The notes: a model not told the origin generated them from the sequence alone. A DNA stretch of 64,000 nt from Eledone cirrhosa (GCA_964016885.1 OZ024743.1:196416001-196480000); one strand, 5' to 3'; numbered from the stretch's first letter, positions 14,162-27,996 are shown. Numbers and translations are program-made.

Positions 14162-15040
14162 ATGACCAACAACCTGGTCAAAAACATCTCCCTCCGTATA
14201 TCCCGTTTGTCAGCTAATGGGAAGATATTCGATGAACATGCGCCTTACTACAACCAGGCCCTCAGGCGGAGTAGTTTCCGGGAGGAAATATCCTACTGTC
14301 CAGCTCCCATTAGCGGAACCAGCAGGCAACACCGCCGCTCACGCAATGTAACATGGTTCATTCCTCCCCACAACGCCGAGGTGACAACTCCCATCGGGAA
14401 CATTTTCTTTAGGCTCATTGAAAAACACTTCCCACCACAATACCGCTACCACAACATAATTAACAAAAATACCATCAAACTCTCTTACAGCACTACACCT
14501 AACTTCGCACAAAACATCGTCTCCTCCAACAACAAAAAACTCAACGCCGATAGAAGAAACAACCTAAATAGCAGTGGAGAGCCGACCAGGAGGTGCAACT
14601 GTCCTGATAGATCCAGTTGCCCCCTCGACAACAGATGCAGAGACCATAATGTGATCTACCAGTGCAACGTGAGCACGGACACCTCCAACAAAGCTTATAT
14701 AGGATTAACCGCATGCGACTTCAAGACCCGGCTATACCAACACAGACATACCTCCCGAAACCCGGCCCGGCGTCAGGCCACTACACTTTCGGGCCACATA
14801 TGGGACCTCAAGGACAACAACATCAACTATGATCTCACTTGGAAATTACTGTCCAGAGCCAACTCTTACACGGGAGGACGCCGTCCGTGCAACTTATGGT
14901 CGGAGGAAACATTACAAATGCTGTTTTCGACGGACCAACTCCTAAACAAGAAAGATGAACTGGTTACTGCATGTAAACACCGATTACGTAGGACTTACCT
15001 CGCCCTCAAACCCCATAATGACCCAGGGGGGGGGGGGTAG
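14162..15040 (+). CDS. PLE C-terminal Zn-linker plus GIY-YIG endonuclease (fragment)
   Basis: 292-aa ORF with VIY..AYIG, conserved Arg and C-terminal LLNKKDE. Confidence 0.85.
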   Translation: MTNNLVKNISLRISRLSANGKIFDEHAPYYNQALRRSSFREEISYCPAPISGTSRQHRRSRNVTWFIPPHNAEVTTPIGNIFFRLIEKHFPPQYRYHNIINKNTIKLSYSTTPNFAQNIVSSNNKKLNADRRNNLNSSGEPTRRCNCPDRSSCPLDNRCRDHNVIYQCNVSTDTSNKAYIGLTACDFKTRLYQHRHTSRNPARRQATTLSGHIWDLKDNNINYDLTWKLLSRANSYTGGRRPCNLWSEETLQMLFSTDQLLNKKDELVTACKHRLRRTYLALKPHNDPGGGG

Positions 15041-16224
15041 ACTAGGGCTATAACACCCCACTTTCCTATTTTATAATGGGTAACCCCTGCTTGCCAATGG
15101 AGACGTAAGATCTTCTTGTACATTCTTTTATCGCTTCCTCTATATTTCCCCCTTCCCCCCATCCCTCCCTAGTCCTTCTACCCCAGTTCCTTTTCTTTGT
15201 CGTTCTTTTTCTTGCCCACCCGAGGTAGCCCATCGGTCCCTTGTAGCTTCAGCACCCCCACCCCCCTCCCCTATTCTATGATAGATTTGGCTGACTCCGC
15301 TTCTTATAGCAGAGGTGTTAGACTTCGGATACTCGCCCCCTTCTCCGACCGCTGTGCCTTTTTTCCGTGCCTTCTATATTTCTTAGTGGCATCTTTGCTT
15401 TAATTTCTCGTTTATCCAGTATTTCTTTCTTCTTTTTCCCTTTTTTGGGGGCGGGGGGTCGTGTATTAATTTTCCGTTCTTTACTTTTACTTCGTACGAT
15501 CTTTCATGTAGCTTGTATAAGACTTTTTGTTTCGTGGCGGTACCCTTAGAGTTAGCACTAGTATTTTTTTGCGGGACCCTGAATTATATTCTCGTACTAG
15601 TTTACTTTCTTGCACTGGGTGGTTGCTGGCCCTGTGATTGGGTAGAAACCTTTATTATTTCGTGGTAGTCTCTTTAGTATTTTGCCCCCCCTTTGTTGAC
15701 CCGTCACCGTACGATACACGCACTTATACCTCTTATTAGGGTCCCTTTATTTCCGTCCCACCTAGTTTATTTTTATTATTATAATTTATTTTTTTATTCT
15801 TCATTATATATATATATATATATTTTTTTTTTATTTATTTATCTATTCTTTTATTCACTTATTTGTTTATTTATTTATTTATGTATTTCTTTAGCCTAGC
15901 AATAGCGAGAGACTTAAGTCCTAGTAACCAGACTTTGCTTATTTTTTTTTTCCTCTCTCAGTACCTTCTATAGTTTTACCCTTCATTGTTCTACTTACCG
16001 TTTCGACCTCCTCCCCCTCCCCCTCCCCTGTATCCTCTTTGACCTCACGCCCAGCTGTAGCCGGCACTAACAACGCATGAATGGGTCTACTCCACCCCCT
16101 CTCCCTTTTTCTCCTACCGGCAGGTTTAGCTACCCCTTCCCCCACCAATTTGCCATCATAGATTTACTACTAACTTGTGATGTGACCAATCCTGGTGATT
16201 ATCTTTTTGACCATATATGGAATT

Positions 16225-16318
16225 ACCCCTTGATAAGCTCGGCTATTTAAATACCAGAATAAATTTTCATTCAGTCCAGAATTAGCCGTCGAAACGGCTT
16301 GAGCTCAGCCGTCGGAGT
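16225..16318 (+). ncRNA. Type I HHR with compensatory U3-A8 core (family G)
   Basis: ACCCC-UUGAUAA-GCUCGGCUA...UAGCCGUC-GAAA-CGGCU ugagcuc AGCCG-UC-GGAGU; GUC triplet. Confidence 0.75.
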
Positions 16319-16329
16319 CTTACTTGTTC

Positions 16330-16374
<45 letters not shown>

Positions 16375-16381
<7 letters not shown>

Positions 16382-16948
16382 AAAAAGAGATGAAATCGAA
16401 AATGCAACTGGAGTCTTATTTTTTTTTTTAAATATATATATTTATTTGGTTCCTTTACCGGTTTCGCAGTTCTTCTGCTTTTCAAAAGGTGAGTTGAGAT
16501 GGAGGGTCTGTGGTTTTTCTCACATCTGGTTGGTCTCTGAATGTTACTTGTTTTATATGGAGAAAGTGGCTCGAAATGCCAGGTTTTTCGAGAAGTAATT
16601 TGATTGGTTTGTCAATAATTATAATAAATTTCGCGCCAGTTCGCGTTACAATAGTTCTTCAAATAAGAGGGGGGTTGTCACAGGTTGTTTTTTCATATAT
16701 GAGTGTTTGAATTTCTTTTTACTTGAAAATTACCAGAACAATTCTCCCAATCCCATTTCTCTTGACCACTATCTTTCCATTGTCATAACATTCGCTATAA
16801 AGACTACAGAATAGTTTTCCAAATGAGGACGCAAAAATGTAATGAAAACTTGTTCACGTGACAGCCAAATTTCATTTATAACCAATCAAATCACGTTTAT
16901 TAAAAAAAAAAGCCTTCGTGAGCCACCTTTTTTTAAAGTAAAGAAATT

Positions 16949-17017
<69 letters not shown>

Positions 17018-17705
17018 GCACACAAATAAACACACATATCTTTACTTTCTTTATTCAATAGAAAATCTGAATTCTGACACCCCAGCGAACTAACCATATT
17101 CACTGAACCAGAACAATTCTCCCATCCCTTTCTCTTGACCATTATCTTTCACTTATCAAAAAATTCTCTAAAAAGGCTACAGAATGGATTTCCAAATAAG
17201 GGCACAAAAATTTAATGAAAATTTGTTCACGTGACAGCCATAATTTCATTTATAACCAACCAAAAAAAAGCCTTCATGAGCCTCCTTTTTTCAAGTAAAA
17301 AGAAATTCAAACACTCATATATGAAAAACAACCTGTGACAACCCCCGCCTCCCCTCTTATTTGAAGAACTATTGTAACGCCAACTGGCGCGAAATTTATT
17401 ATAATTATTGACAAACCAATCAAATTACTTCTCGAAAAACCTGGCATTTCGAGCCACTTTTTCCATATAAAACAAGTAACATTCAGAGACCAACCAGATG
17501 TGAGAAAAACCACAGACCCTCCATCTCAACTCACCTTTTGAAAAGCAGAACTGCGAAACCGGTAAAGGAACCAAATAAATATATATATTTTTTAAAAAAA
17601 TAAGACTCCAGTTGCATTTTCGATTTCATCTCTTTTTCTTTATACTTTCACTCGTGTAGGACACCTCGGTTGTTTTTCATTTTGTAAAATAAACCTCACT
17701 TTCTA
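16375..17705 (+). mobile_element. Non-coding element with partial tandem repeat and 5' inversion (family H)
   Basis: 16375-16710 is inverse of 17307-17645; 16728-16950 resembles 17105-17310; HHRs at 16452-16489 (-) and 17534-17568 (+). Confidence 0.75.
17534..17568 (+). ncRNA. Minimal 35-nt type I HHR with U3-A8 core (family H)
   Basis: CCUU-UUGAAAA-GCAG aa CUGC-GAAA-CCGG-UA-AAGG; palindromic ACCGGU helix III. Confidence 0.75.
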
Positions 17706-17922
17706 ATGTATATATATATATATATATATATAATATATTTTATATATATATATATATTATATATTATATATAAGCAAAAGGGATATTCACTTTGTTGGTA
17801 ATTCATCAAATATAAAGTTTTGGTCACCTTGAAATATATATAATAGAATAAATATGGTTTTATAAATATAGTTCCTATTTATTAAATATCATTGAATATA
17901 TATCATATATATATATATTATA

Positions 17923-17964
<42 letters not shown>

Positions 17965-17967
<3 letters not shown>

Positions 17968-19603
17968 TAAACGGAATAGAAAATGCTGACAAATTGTTCA
18001 CAGTTGAAAAATGGTTTAATTAGGAATAAAAGAGTATTAGTGATTGTATGGGTTAGTATTCAGTTGTGGTTTTAAGTTTTTAAGTTTTTACCGGTTGCGC
18101 ATTTCTAAAGGCTTTTCAAAAATAATTTTGAGATAGAGTGTCCGTGCTGTTTGCTCTGATCTGATTAGTTTTGGGAATTCTACCTGTTTTTATGTTAAAA
18201 AAATGGCTCCAGCGTTATTTTTGTGTTGCAAAAATGCTTGTGGTCAAAACAATTTTGATTGGTCGGTAGAGGTCATGTGAAACTATGTTCACTACTACCA
18301 ACCCAGGAAAAACCAACGAAGAACCATGTGAGATTGATTCACACAAAATGAAAATTCGAACAATTCCAAAATGGAACAAATCCCTCAGAGACAGGAAAGT
18401 TCTCATTCTGGAAGATGATACAAAATCACAACAAAGCAGAGATATATGAAAAATGGCTTAACTCAACCCCTCTAACTCTCCCCCGTAAACTACAAATAAA
18501 GTCCATTCCAAATGAACCCGAACCTCAAAGACACCTTAGGGAAAGAATGGCATTGGAAAAAATGAAGACAGAAATTGAACTTCTTAAACTGAGGGCCCAG
18601 ACAAATGAGGAAAAAATCAAAACCATCGATGAAGAGATCCTCCTGGAAATCAACAACAAAACTGAAGGCCCCAAGGTAGAGAAGATCTCCAAATTATGGA
18701 AAGGGGACTGCAACAGAGAAGAACTGAAATCCCTTCAACGCTGGGAAAAAAGTGCCGCTTGGTTCCTACACTATGAATCGACTTTTCAAACGGATTACAC
18801 CTCCAATAACCCGTTCATAAAAATAGGAAAACCCATAACTGAACCCATAACAACTTTTCAAACCCCCAAGCCTCAAACAAACGAAGAAGGAAGCACCACA
18901 CCGAAGATGAACTTCCCAACCTCGCTACCATAAGAAGGAACAAAAACCCAAGAAATCATCTCCCCCAGAATGACATTTACAACTTTCCCCCTTCAAGGAG
19001 ACACCATACCAAATCGCTCAACTACTACGCGGATTCCTCATCGTCAAACATAGGGAAAAGATACCACCGCCATGATAGATGCAACAACTTCCCCGCCTCA
19101 AGGGGACAGCAAGGTAATTACCATTTTCTCAACTCTCACTTCCACAATACACAACAAACCCACACCACACGATACAACCAACAACGTAGGCCACTTATAA
19201 CACCACAATACAACATGGCACATAGAAACACACACCCATACTCGCAGTACAGGAACACCCCATTCAATCTACAACCACCAACCCGAACCACATTTTACAA
19301 CAACAAGGAATATAACAAACACAGGAGACCACCTAACATCAGCAGACAACCCCTCTACCCCAACCATTTTTTAGACACAGCACACAGATACAGGCAAACA
19401 AAATAACACAAGACAGTGAGGAGAAACCGATAGTAATAAAAATTATCAATCTTACTAGTGCAGAACCAACACCCAACCTTATCAACTTACTCTCCAAAGG
19501 TCTTAAATTCACACCGACCCCACTACGTCCTAACTACTATGAAATGAAGGAAGACATCACAGACTTCTGTAGAAAGTTACAACTTAGTGAACAACTATTC
19601 GAT
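17965..19603 (+). mobile_element. Second copy of the Neptune-like PLE: inverted pLTR (17965-18282) plus N-terminal ORF region
   Basis: 17965-18282 is reverse complement of ~11550-11843; 19015-19602 matches 8543-9128; ORF 18415-18933. Confidence 0.85.
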
Positions 19604-19863
19604 CTTTGTTGGTTTTATTCAATGAACAAATAAAATTATTTCTGAGGTCAGCATACGACCTATTTTCTTCCCTAAAATAATCCTTCATTCATAATATTCT
19701 TTTCCATCCAAAACTGAAATCTACCTTCCTCTACCCATAATTTAAGGTTCTTCTACTACTATATTACTATCTTGACCCTCACTATCTCTCTATTGGTCAA
19801 TTCAAAACCTGTTCCCAAACAGACCTATTGTATTGAATCTTTGTTTTTTTCAATAAACAAATA

Positions 19864-20005
19864 TCATTATTTCTGAAGACAGCATATATATGTGTAGGTA
19901 TGTATATTCCCTCTGATAGTTTGTATAAATATTGTACATAGATCTATAGAATATGCATACCAACTCTAACACATATATATCCTAGAAACGATCGTAAAAT
20001 GATGA
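19864..20005 (+). ncRNA. Type I HHR with ~105-nt stem II (family I)
   Basis: UCAUUAUUU-CUGAAGA-...-GAAA-CGAUCG-UA-AAAUGAUGA; 9-bp stem I; stem II pairs AUAUAUAUGUGU/ACACAUAUAUAU and GGUAUGUAUAUUC/GAAUAUGCAUACC. Confidence 0.75.
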
Positions 20006-20190
20006 ATTTTTTTTAATATAACGAACTGTTTCTTTGTTTATTCATTATTTTATTAATTTATCTTGACTCTGTTTTCCGTTTATTTTTCACCGAAAGTAGT
20101 TTTTGAATGCATCTTCTCTTTTCATGATATCCGGATTACATTGAGTTCTTCATACGGATTGGACGCTACCGTAAACTTTTGGTAGATTTA

Positions 20191-20224
<34 letters not shown>

Positions 20225-20227
<3 letters not shown>

Positions 20228-20863
20228 GAACGAGTAGGACCTCGACGGCTGAGTTCAAGCCGTTTCGACGGATAATTCTGGACTAAATGAAATTTTTTAT
20301 CCTGGTATATGAATAGCCGAGCTTCTCAAGGGGTAATTCCATATATGGTAAAAGTGATTGTCACAAGGATTGGTCAAAAGTAAATATATAGAAGAATACC
20401 ATTCTTGGTATTCTTCTATATATTTACTCCATATTGATTTACTTATTGTTTCGACTTCCCCCCCCCCCCTCCCTAGTATACTTGCTTGACCTCCTCCCCT
20501 GCTGTAGTTGGCACTATCAACGCACGACTGGGTTTCCTCCACCCCCTCTCCCACTTTCTTCTACTGGCAGGTTCAGCTACCCTTCCTTCCACAAATTGCC
20601 ATGATAGAATTATGTGACTCAACAACAAACTTTTGACCAATCCTTGTGACAATCACTTTTATCATATATGGAATTACCCCCTGAGAAGCTCGGCTATTCA
20701 TATACCAGGATAAAAATGTTCATTTAGTCCAGAATTAGCCGTCGAAACGGCTTGAGCTCAGCCGTCGGGGTCCTACTCGTTCCTATTACCCACTCTACTA
20801 CCCTAAGTATTGATTACTTTGGTGCGTTATGGTCCACCTGGTTCCTTACCACATTTCCTTCGT

Positions 20864-20865
<2 letters not shown>
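20225..20865. mobile_element. Family G pLTR pair in inverted orientation; HHRs at 20239-20334 (-) and 20676-20771 (+)
   Basis: Homologous to the PLE 3' UTR 15960-16330; cores UUGAGAA / CUGAGAA. Confidence 0.75.
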
Positions 20866-20904
<39 letters not shown>

Positions 20905-21004
20905 ATATATCTACTGGAGTTGCGACCGATAGATAGTATTAGCAACTGGAAAGACCAATGGAAACATTGTTTCCTCGGTCCGATTTGACGAAAGTCGATC
21001 GTTC

Positions 21005-21136
<132 letters not shown>

Positions 21137-21284
21137 GCAAATTATAAACGTAGTCATGTAAGTATGTTTTTGAAACGGTGCGCGTGTTTGAAATTAGAAA
21201 TTAGAAATTAGAAGCTTTCACCGTATTTTAGACTAAAGAAATTTCTAGCCTGATATAACCCTCGGAGAAATGGAAAAAGATGAG

Positions 21285-21352
21285 TGTTTCCGTACATGGG
21301 AGTCGAACCCACATCTTTGGTTATCCAGACCACTGTGCTACCATTACACCAA
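21285..21352 (-). pseudogene. tRNA-like sequence (SINE head or tRNA pseudogene)
   Basis: TGGTGTAATGGTAGCAC (A box) and GGTTCGACTCC (B box); acceptor stem absent. Confidence 0.55.
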
Positions 21353-21355
21353 TAC

Positions 21356-21389
<34 letters not shown>

Positions 21390-21396
21390 GTGTGTG

Positions 21397-21448
<52 letters not shown>

Positions 21449-22019
21449 CATGTGTGTCTGTATGTTTGTATATGTGCATATGTGTGTGTGTGTGTTGTGA
21501 ATGGCAGAACTAAACACCCGAATAACTTATAAATAGGGAAAAAACAGCAGCAGTTTTGTAATATAGAAGTAATTTACATCCTTATTTATAGAACAGAGTA
21601 AATAGATAAACGTATCAATGAACGATGTTTAGCTTGAAGGCAGAGAAGATCGTAAAGTGTGCATGGAATATATATATAGTAAGTTGTACACTGGATACAA
21701 TAACTGGATATATCGTTCACATATAAAATCAGCAAATCTCTGAATAGATTTAAGCTTTACATATAACAAGGTAAACTCTTCGATCTAGTGCAGAACTCAA
21801 TGGCGACATTGCTCGAGGAAAGAAAATTCATGTTAAATAATAACTTACTGTGACAAGATGAACGTGCGAAAATTATTTCTTCTTCACTATTTCTTCCCAT
21901 TGGTACAACATTATATTTGTTTCCGTCCTGAGATATCATGTGTTGGAAACAGTAATACTAATAGATATTAAGTTGTGCAGTAAGCAGCCAAAGTATGTGA
22001 TAAAATTATATTTGTGTGT

Positions 22020-22059
<40 letters not shown>

Positions 22060-22209
22060 CAAGTAAAATAACGGAGTAAAGCACTCGCGTATAATCCTGT
22101 AATTCAATGAGCTCAAAGGAAAGCCTTTTTCTGGGCACTTTAAAATACAATAAAATACAATATAGAGAGGAAAAACACAGGAGAGTGTGTTTTCATTTAC
22201 AGGATTTTA

Positions 22210-23305
22210 ACCACCTCGATACTTGTATCCGAGCAGCAGCCGAGGAGATATGCAACGTCAAATTTGACGACATAGGGTGGCAACAGGCCACTTTACCTGT
22301 CAGGTATGGCGGCCTTGGCCTCCGGTCCCCAATCTCACTAGTTTTGCCGGCGTATCTTTCGTTGGTAACCTCGTGCAGCGTCCTCGTCAGTAGGGTTCTT
22401 CAAAACACAACAGAACCCTCTGTGTTCAGAGAACGTGAGGCCACCTGTGAGACGTGGGACTGGCTAGGACTTAGCCCAGTAGATGTCCCTCCTCCTTCTC
22501 CCCCTGTTGACGTCAAGTCCCCCCAGCACACTTGGCCATCCAGTGCAGTCTGGCCTCAGACAGGCCCACGCGCCAGCTCGACCAGTACCGCCTTGCTTGT
22601 TTTCGTGCGGCCTCCAAACCCCACAGTGGTGCCTGGCTCCATGCCCTGCTCTCCTTCTCCACTGACACGCAGCTAGACAACGATAGCTTGCGCATCGGCG
22701 TTTCCCTGAGGCTCGGCCTCCGGATCTGCCAGCCACACCAATGTCGCTGCGGTTCCACGGTGGACTCTTTCGGCTTCCACCCGCTTTCCTGTCGCCACAG
22801 TGCCGGCCGCATTCCGCACCATGCTGCCCCCAACGAGGTCATTGAGCATGGCTTGGACGCTGCAGGCTTCCCTTCCCAGCTCGAGCCGGTGAGGCTGGAT
22901 CTGGGGGACGGCAAAAGGCCAGATGGCATGATCATCTTCCCGTTCCGCAGTGACAAACCCCTCATTTGGGATGCCACTTGTACCGACACTTTCTGCAGCC
23001 GCAACCTGGCGCAGTCTGCGACTGACCCAGGTTCTGCTGCACGTCGGGCTGAGGGGGCCAATCTCCTCAAATACCAGTCGCTCTCCGACAGGTTAGCGGT
23101 CGTACCCCTGGCAGTTGAGATTTCTTGTGTCCTCGGCCCCAGGGCTACCTCCTTACTCACCACCGTAGGCGCTGAGCTGGCCAGCCGCAGGTGTGAGCCC
23201 CGCGAGTTGGAGTGGCTCTTCCACCGTCTCCCTCACCGTCCTCCAAGGAAACGCCTTCTCCATTCTGTCCGCCGGGGCTGTGGGAGGGCCCCATCGCGTA
23301 CCGTT
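22210..23305 (+). mobile_element. Non-LTR retrotransposon 3' fragment with restriction-like endonuclease (CRE-like), frameshifted
   Basis: WQQATLPVRYGGLGLR; SGAWL..LRLG..CRCG..HPLSC..KRPDG..LIWDATC. Confidence 0.8.
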
Positions 23306-23860
23306 GTAGTTATATATATATAGTGAAGGATTGAAGAATGACATGGTCGACCAAAATATGTTGTTGTTGTTCCCATTGAAGAAATCTCCATTAACCACCA
23401 GCTTGAAGAGAATAAAAGCTAAGAGAGGTATAGGAGAAACATAATAATTAAAAGGATAAATTAAAATGAAAAACCTATCTCATAACTAAATCGCACTTGT
23501 ACAAACTCACTAAGAGATTGTTTCACCGTATTAGTGGGTTCAAACTCAGCTCTTGGATCATTAGCAAGGGGTCAAGCTGATATTGTCCCCACTACTAAAG
23601 ATAACTATAGTAACTGACCTATAGCACGTGTGAATAGAGGGAAATACGTGAGCGAGGCAGTGACCGGTGATATGAACAGAACAAGCCGCTAGAGATGGCA
23701 GCCTATACTATTCAATTTAAGGTGCTCTACTGCAGAGAGAAGACGCAAGGAGCAAATATCAAGTAAAATAACGGAGTAAAGGACTCGCGTATAATCCTGT
23801 AATTCAATGAGGCTGGTGGTTAAAATCCTGTAAATGAAAACACACTCTCCTGTATTTTTC

Positions 23861-23915
<55 letters not shown>

Positions 23916-25439
23916 ACCCATGCAAGCGTGGAAGATAGACGTTAAACGATGATGATGATGATGATGAAATATATATGAGTTACGGACCCACCATATTTAT
24001 CAATGCCAGGACCATATATATATATATATATATATATATGAGTGTGTGTGTATGTGTATGTATAAATGCACAAGTAACCACGGTATAACGTTTAGATACA
24101 CAATAGTAATCAACCTCCAACGTCTAGATACACAATTGTAACCACGTTACACCGTCCAGATACACGTGGTAGTCAAGTGTTCCAGTGAACCTTGTTACCA
24201 GGAAGAGACTACAAAAAATATTTACGATGCTAAAATTTGCAAATGAAATACACATAAATGCAGAAAAGCCTATATCATATAAAATTGTGAAAATATCTAA
24301 GGGAAAATGTGTGGTTGTGTGCAAGAGAAATCTTTATTTTTCCCTGGTTACTTTTGTTTTCTGTGTTTTATTAGGGCTTTTTGTTTTTTTCGTTTTTCGT
24401 TTTTCGTTTTTTGTAAGTTGTTTGTATTGTTTAGGGGTTTTTTTTTTCACTATGAGGTTTTAAACAGGCTGAGTTTATCTGGATATAAGCCCAGGTGGCA
24501 TAAAATATTACAGGTGAGTTGTTGCTACTTGATGAATTAGTTCCAGTTTATACTACTGGAACAGTTTCATTTCGCTATCAATGTTATGCATAACATAACA
24601 ACATCACCTCAATTCCGCCATGACTCCCCCAACTACCCCAAATAAATTTACCACTAAATTCCTATATTTTTCACTTCCGCATGATCGAAATTGGACAGCA
24701 GAATCGATAACATGAACATTTATCATGGATTTGAAAGGTTTCCGCTTTGAATCATTTAATGGACGTAGTGAACATGTGCATTTTGTGTAATGATCGGATT
24801 CCCAGGTTATAATACGCTTTTAGTTTTGGGCATTCATAACTTCCAGAGAAAATCTATTCTATCTGGAAAATAACAGCAATAATCTATTTCTATCGTTCTT
24901 CATTATATCAAATGTATGTACTGGAGAATATTTGATCAGCGCTTTCATAAAGATCGAATGCTGTAAGCCATCCGTTGATTCACCAGACTATTTAAAACAA
25001 TTACGTTATTTCAAAGAGAAATAGCTATTCTCCTTGTAATCTAATTCCCCAATAGCACGACTGAAGATTGATCTAGAACAAGACATCTCCGTTTAAGTTG
25101 CAATTGTAGTCAGTTCCAGCATTTACATTGTCTATACAATGATGACGAAATAAACTATATAGTCTTTCTTAGCTCTGCTCTAATTTAACAACATAACAAT
25201 ATATGTTTCGTCCAGTAAGCTCTTTTACGGCGTATTTCTTTGCTTTTATTTGATATTGTTGTTGTTTATGTTGCTGTTTTGTCTTTTTTATTGTAAGTAT
25301 CATTTGCAGAACATCATAGAGAAGAAGTAAGCTATGAGCAGGACGAGTTTGCAGTGCTATTTTGAACCCCAGTTATAGATGTTTCATTTTTTGTTGTGTG
25401 TCGTTAAAACCATTTAAACCTACTATCGTGTAATTTCAT

Positions 25440-25790
25440 CTAAATTCGTTTCAGGTATATACTCCATCTAAGATCAATTCACCTAATTCTTAAACAGTGC
25501 CTCATCTAAGACCAAATCACTTAATTCTTAAACTACCTTATCTAAGGCCAAATCACTTAATTCGTAAATGGTATTTCATCTAAGACCAAATCACCTAACC
25601 TTTAAACAGTACCTCATCTAAGACCAATTCACCTAATTCTTAAACTACCTCATCTAAGACCAAATCACTTAATTCTTAAACAGTGCCTCAACTATGACCA
25701 ATTCAGCTGAATATTAAAGAGTGCCTCATTTATGACCAATTCACCTAATTCCTGAGCAAATACCTCATCTAAGACCAATTTATCTAATTT
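25440..25790 (+). repeat. Minisatellite, about 9 units of 38-40 bp
   Basis: CCTCATCTAAGACCAAATCACCTAATTCTTAAACAGTG repeated head-to-tail with divergence. Confidence 0.85.
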
Positions 25791-27128
25791 GCTTTCGTTA
25801 CTATGCTGTCAACCTGAGGTGAAACTGTTGAGGAAGTGCTGCATGTAATTCTAGTATTTTGTGTATGTATATACGTGTGGATGGCGTTGCGTGTATATGT
25901 GTGTATGTGCGCGTGTGTTATATTTGTTGTTATTGTTGCTGTTGCTTTGGTTTAGTCCTGAATGGATACCAGTCTTGCAAACCTACGTCCAAAATCTTTC
26001 CAACTATGACCATCATGTCATTTTGTATAACGATGACAACACCACCAATATCTTTTTCCTGTTTTAACTGTAATTTAAAAGAACTTGGCTACTATCTTTA
26101 GCAGGTCAGGCGGCCGCGTAGAGTTTCTTTCGTTGGTATATGTTATTGCGTGTGATGGTTCTATTCGACGTTCTCTGATATTCCTGGTACAGTGGCTGGG
26201 TGTATTAGGAACAGTGTAACTGGCTATTTTAAATATGTTGTGGCACCCACTTTCAAGATGATTGATGTGGGGTTGGGTTAATAAATAGTGGTAGGTCATA
26301 TGATGTTACCTGTCTGTCTATACATCCGTTTGGGTGATTGGCGGGGGCAGGGCTGGATTATTCCTTAAGCTAAATAAACACATGCTTAAACCATTACCAT
26401 TTACATTACTCTATATATACTATTGTATTTTTGTGGTAAAGGCTTTATCTTACATAATCATCTCACATAATATCGAATCTATGAGATTTTTATATTTATG
26501 TTGAGAACAATACCTTAACACCAGTTTGGCCGGTCGAGTACAGCCGGTTTGAACAGAAAGAGGTGGATACAGCCGGTTTAAAGGCTAAAGCGTTAATGAG
26601 GAACAATTGTTTCCAATTTTCTTTTGATATCTGATGTTTTTAGTATTCCTAATACATAGTGAAAGTTCATATCATATTTGGAGAACATTTTTTTAGGACA
26701 CTCTCCCCTTTTCCCTTCCAGCACTTATGTTTTCTTGGTCAAGCTGCGATGCTCCTGTAGGGTCACCTCATAAGAAATGAAATATAGTTGCTTAGTCCTA
26801 AGTCGGCCTTGATCAGAAAGAGATGAGAGAATTCTGGCCGGATACAGCCGGTTTAAATGCTAAAGGTTTAAGCCATCATCAGAAAAGGGGCACCATTTTA
26901 TTTGAATTAAATGTATTTGTCATTCCCCACATGTTTAAGCAGACTTTATATTGGTGGGGTAGGGACACAATAATCTTTTAAGTGATTAGGATCTCACAAG
27001 AACTTAATCCGGTCTCGGTAAAAGACTGAAAAGAGTGGATGAGAGGACAGATCTTTATAGTACTCTGTGGAAAATTGTGAAATTTTCTATGCATATTTGT
27101 TGTATATTGGATGACCTTAACAAACTGA

Positions 27129-27610
27129 CAGATATATTTCTTTATTAACCACAGGGGCACAAAAGAAGGGGACAAATACAAAGGGGGAAGTTTACATACA
27201 TTAAAAACGTGTAAAATACTATCACAAATGCAATTTAAAAATTAATCGATTTTCCCCAATAGGGGGAGACATTACATATGGGTAACACATACCCCCGAAA
27301 AAATGTGCAACCCTCATCTCCAGGAGTACGAAGAGTGAGTACCCCCTTCCTCTCTTCCTCTTTTTCCTCAACCTACAGGCTGATATAGAGAGAAGGCCCA
27401 TTCACTCGGGCCATTCTCGCCACTTTAACCCACCTTTCATAAAACTTGCTGGGGTACAGTACCTCTCTCTCCATCCTGATTCTTCTTCCAAAGTGGTATT
27501 TGAAAAAAAGAATCAGTTGTTGGCCAGAGAGAAAGGTGTCTGACCTCAGCCCTTTTAACCTCGTCCAAAATACAACCTCTTTCGCCATAGTTCACTGACA
27601 AGCGGTTTTG
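27129..27610 (-). mobile_element. LINE (L1/Tx1-like) 3' fragment
   Basis: ORF2 C-terminal-like AKEVVFWTR..FYERW followed by a 3' UTR ending in AATAAAGAAATATATC. Confidence 0.55.
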
Positions 27611-27674
27611 TATTATTTCTGGAGGTGTTACTTGCATATATATTTATATATACATACACACGCACACACACCTG

Positions 27675-27813
<139 letters not shown>

Positions 27814-27888
27814 GTGTGTGTGCGTGTGTGTGTATACTTTCATACATATATATGCACACACACACAAACACAATAATATGTATATATA

Positions 27889-27957
<69 letters not shown>

Positions 27958-27996
27958 ATATTAAATAAATGGCAGCTATATTTATAAAACCATATT

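Larger units (their letters stand above)
14030..16330 (+). mobile_element. PLE 3' fragment (second lineage): RT thumb, GIY-YIG, 3' UTR ending in an HHR
   Basis: VNFLDV..YRKPND upstream of ORF 14162-15040 (CNCPDRSSCPL..VIY..YIGLT..FKTR). Confidence 0.88.

Noticed and set aside
21285-21352. Functional tRNA gene
   Set aside because: The acceptor stem cannot form and the 5' side runs into microsatellite
21757-21939. Possible host exons (also 4420-4540, 25950-26310, 37200-37487, 37971-38080)
   Set aside because: No recognisable domain or consistent splice-frame chain; needs RNA-seq or homology search
22058-23865. LTRs or TIRs flanking the CRE-like fragment
   Set aside because: Shared pieces are part direct, part inverted, and look like copies of a separate small repeat; no HHR or TSD found
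25440-25790. CRISPR-like periodicity of 38-40 bp
   Set aside because: No unique spacers, whole units are homologous, no cas genes, eukaryotic context: a minisatellite
26515-26870. piggyBac-like termini (..AAAGCGTTAA / ..AAAGGTTTAA)
   Set aside because: Only short same-orientation remnants; no matching opposite end identified
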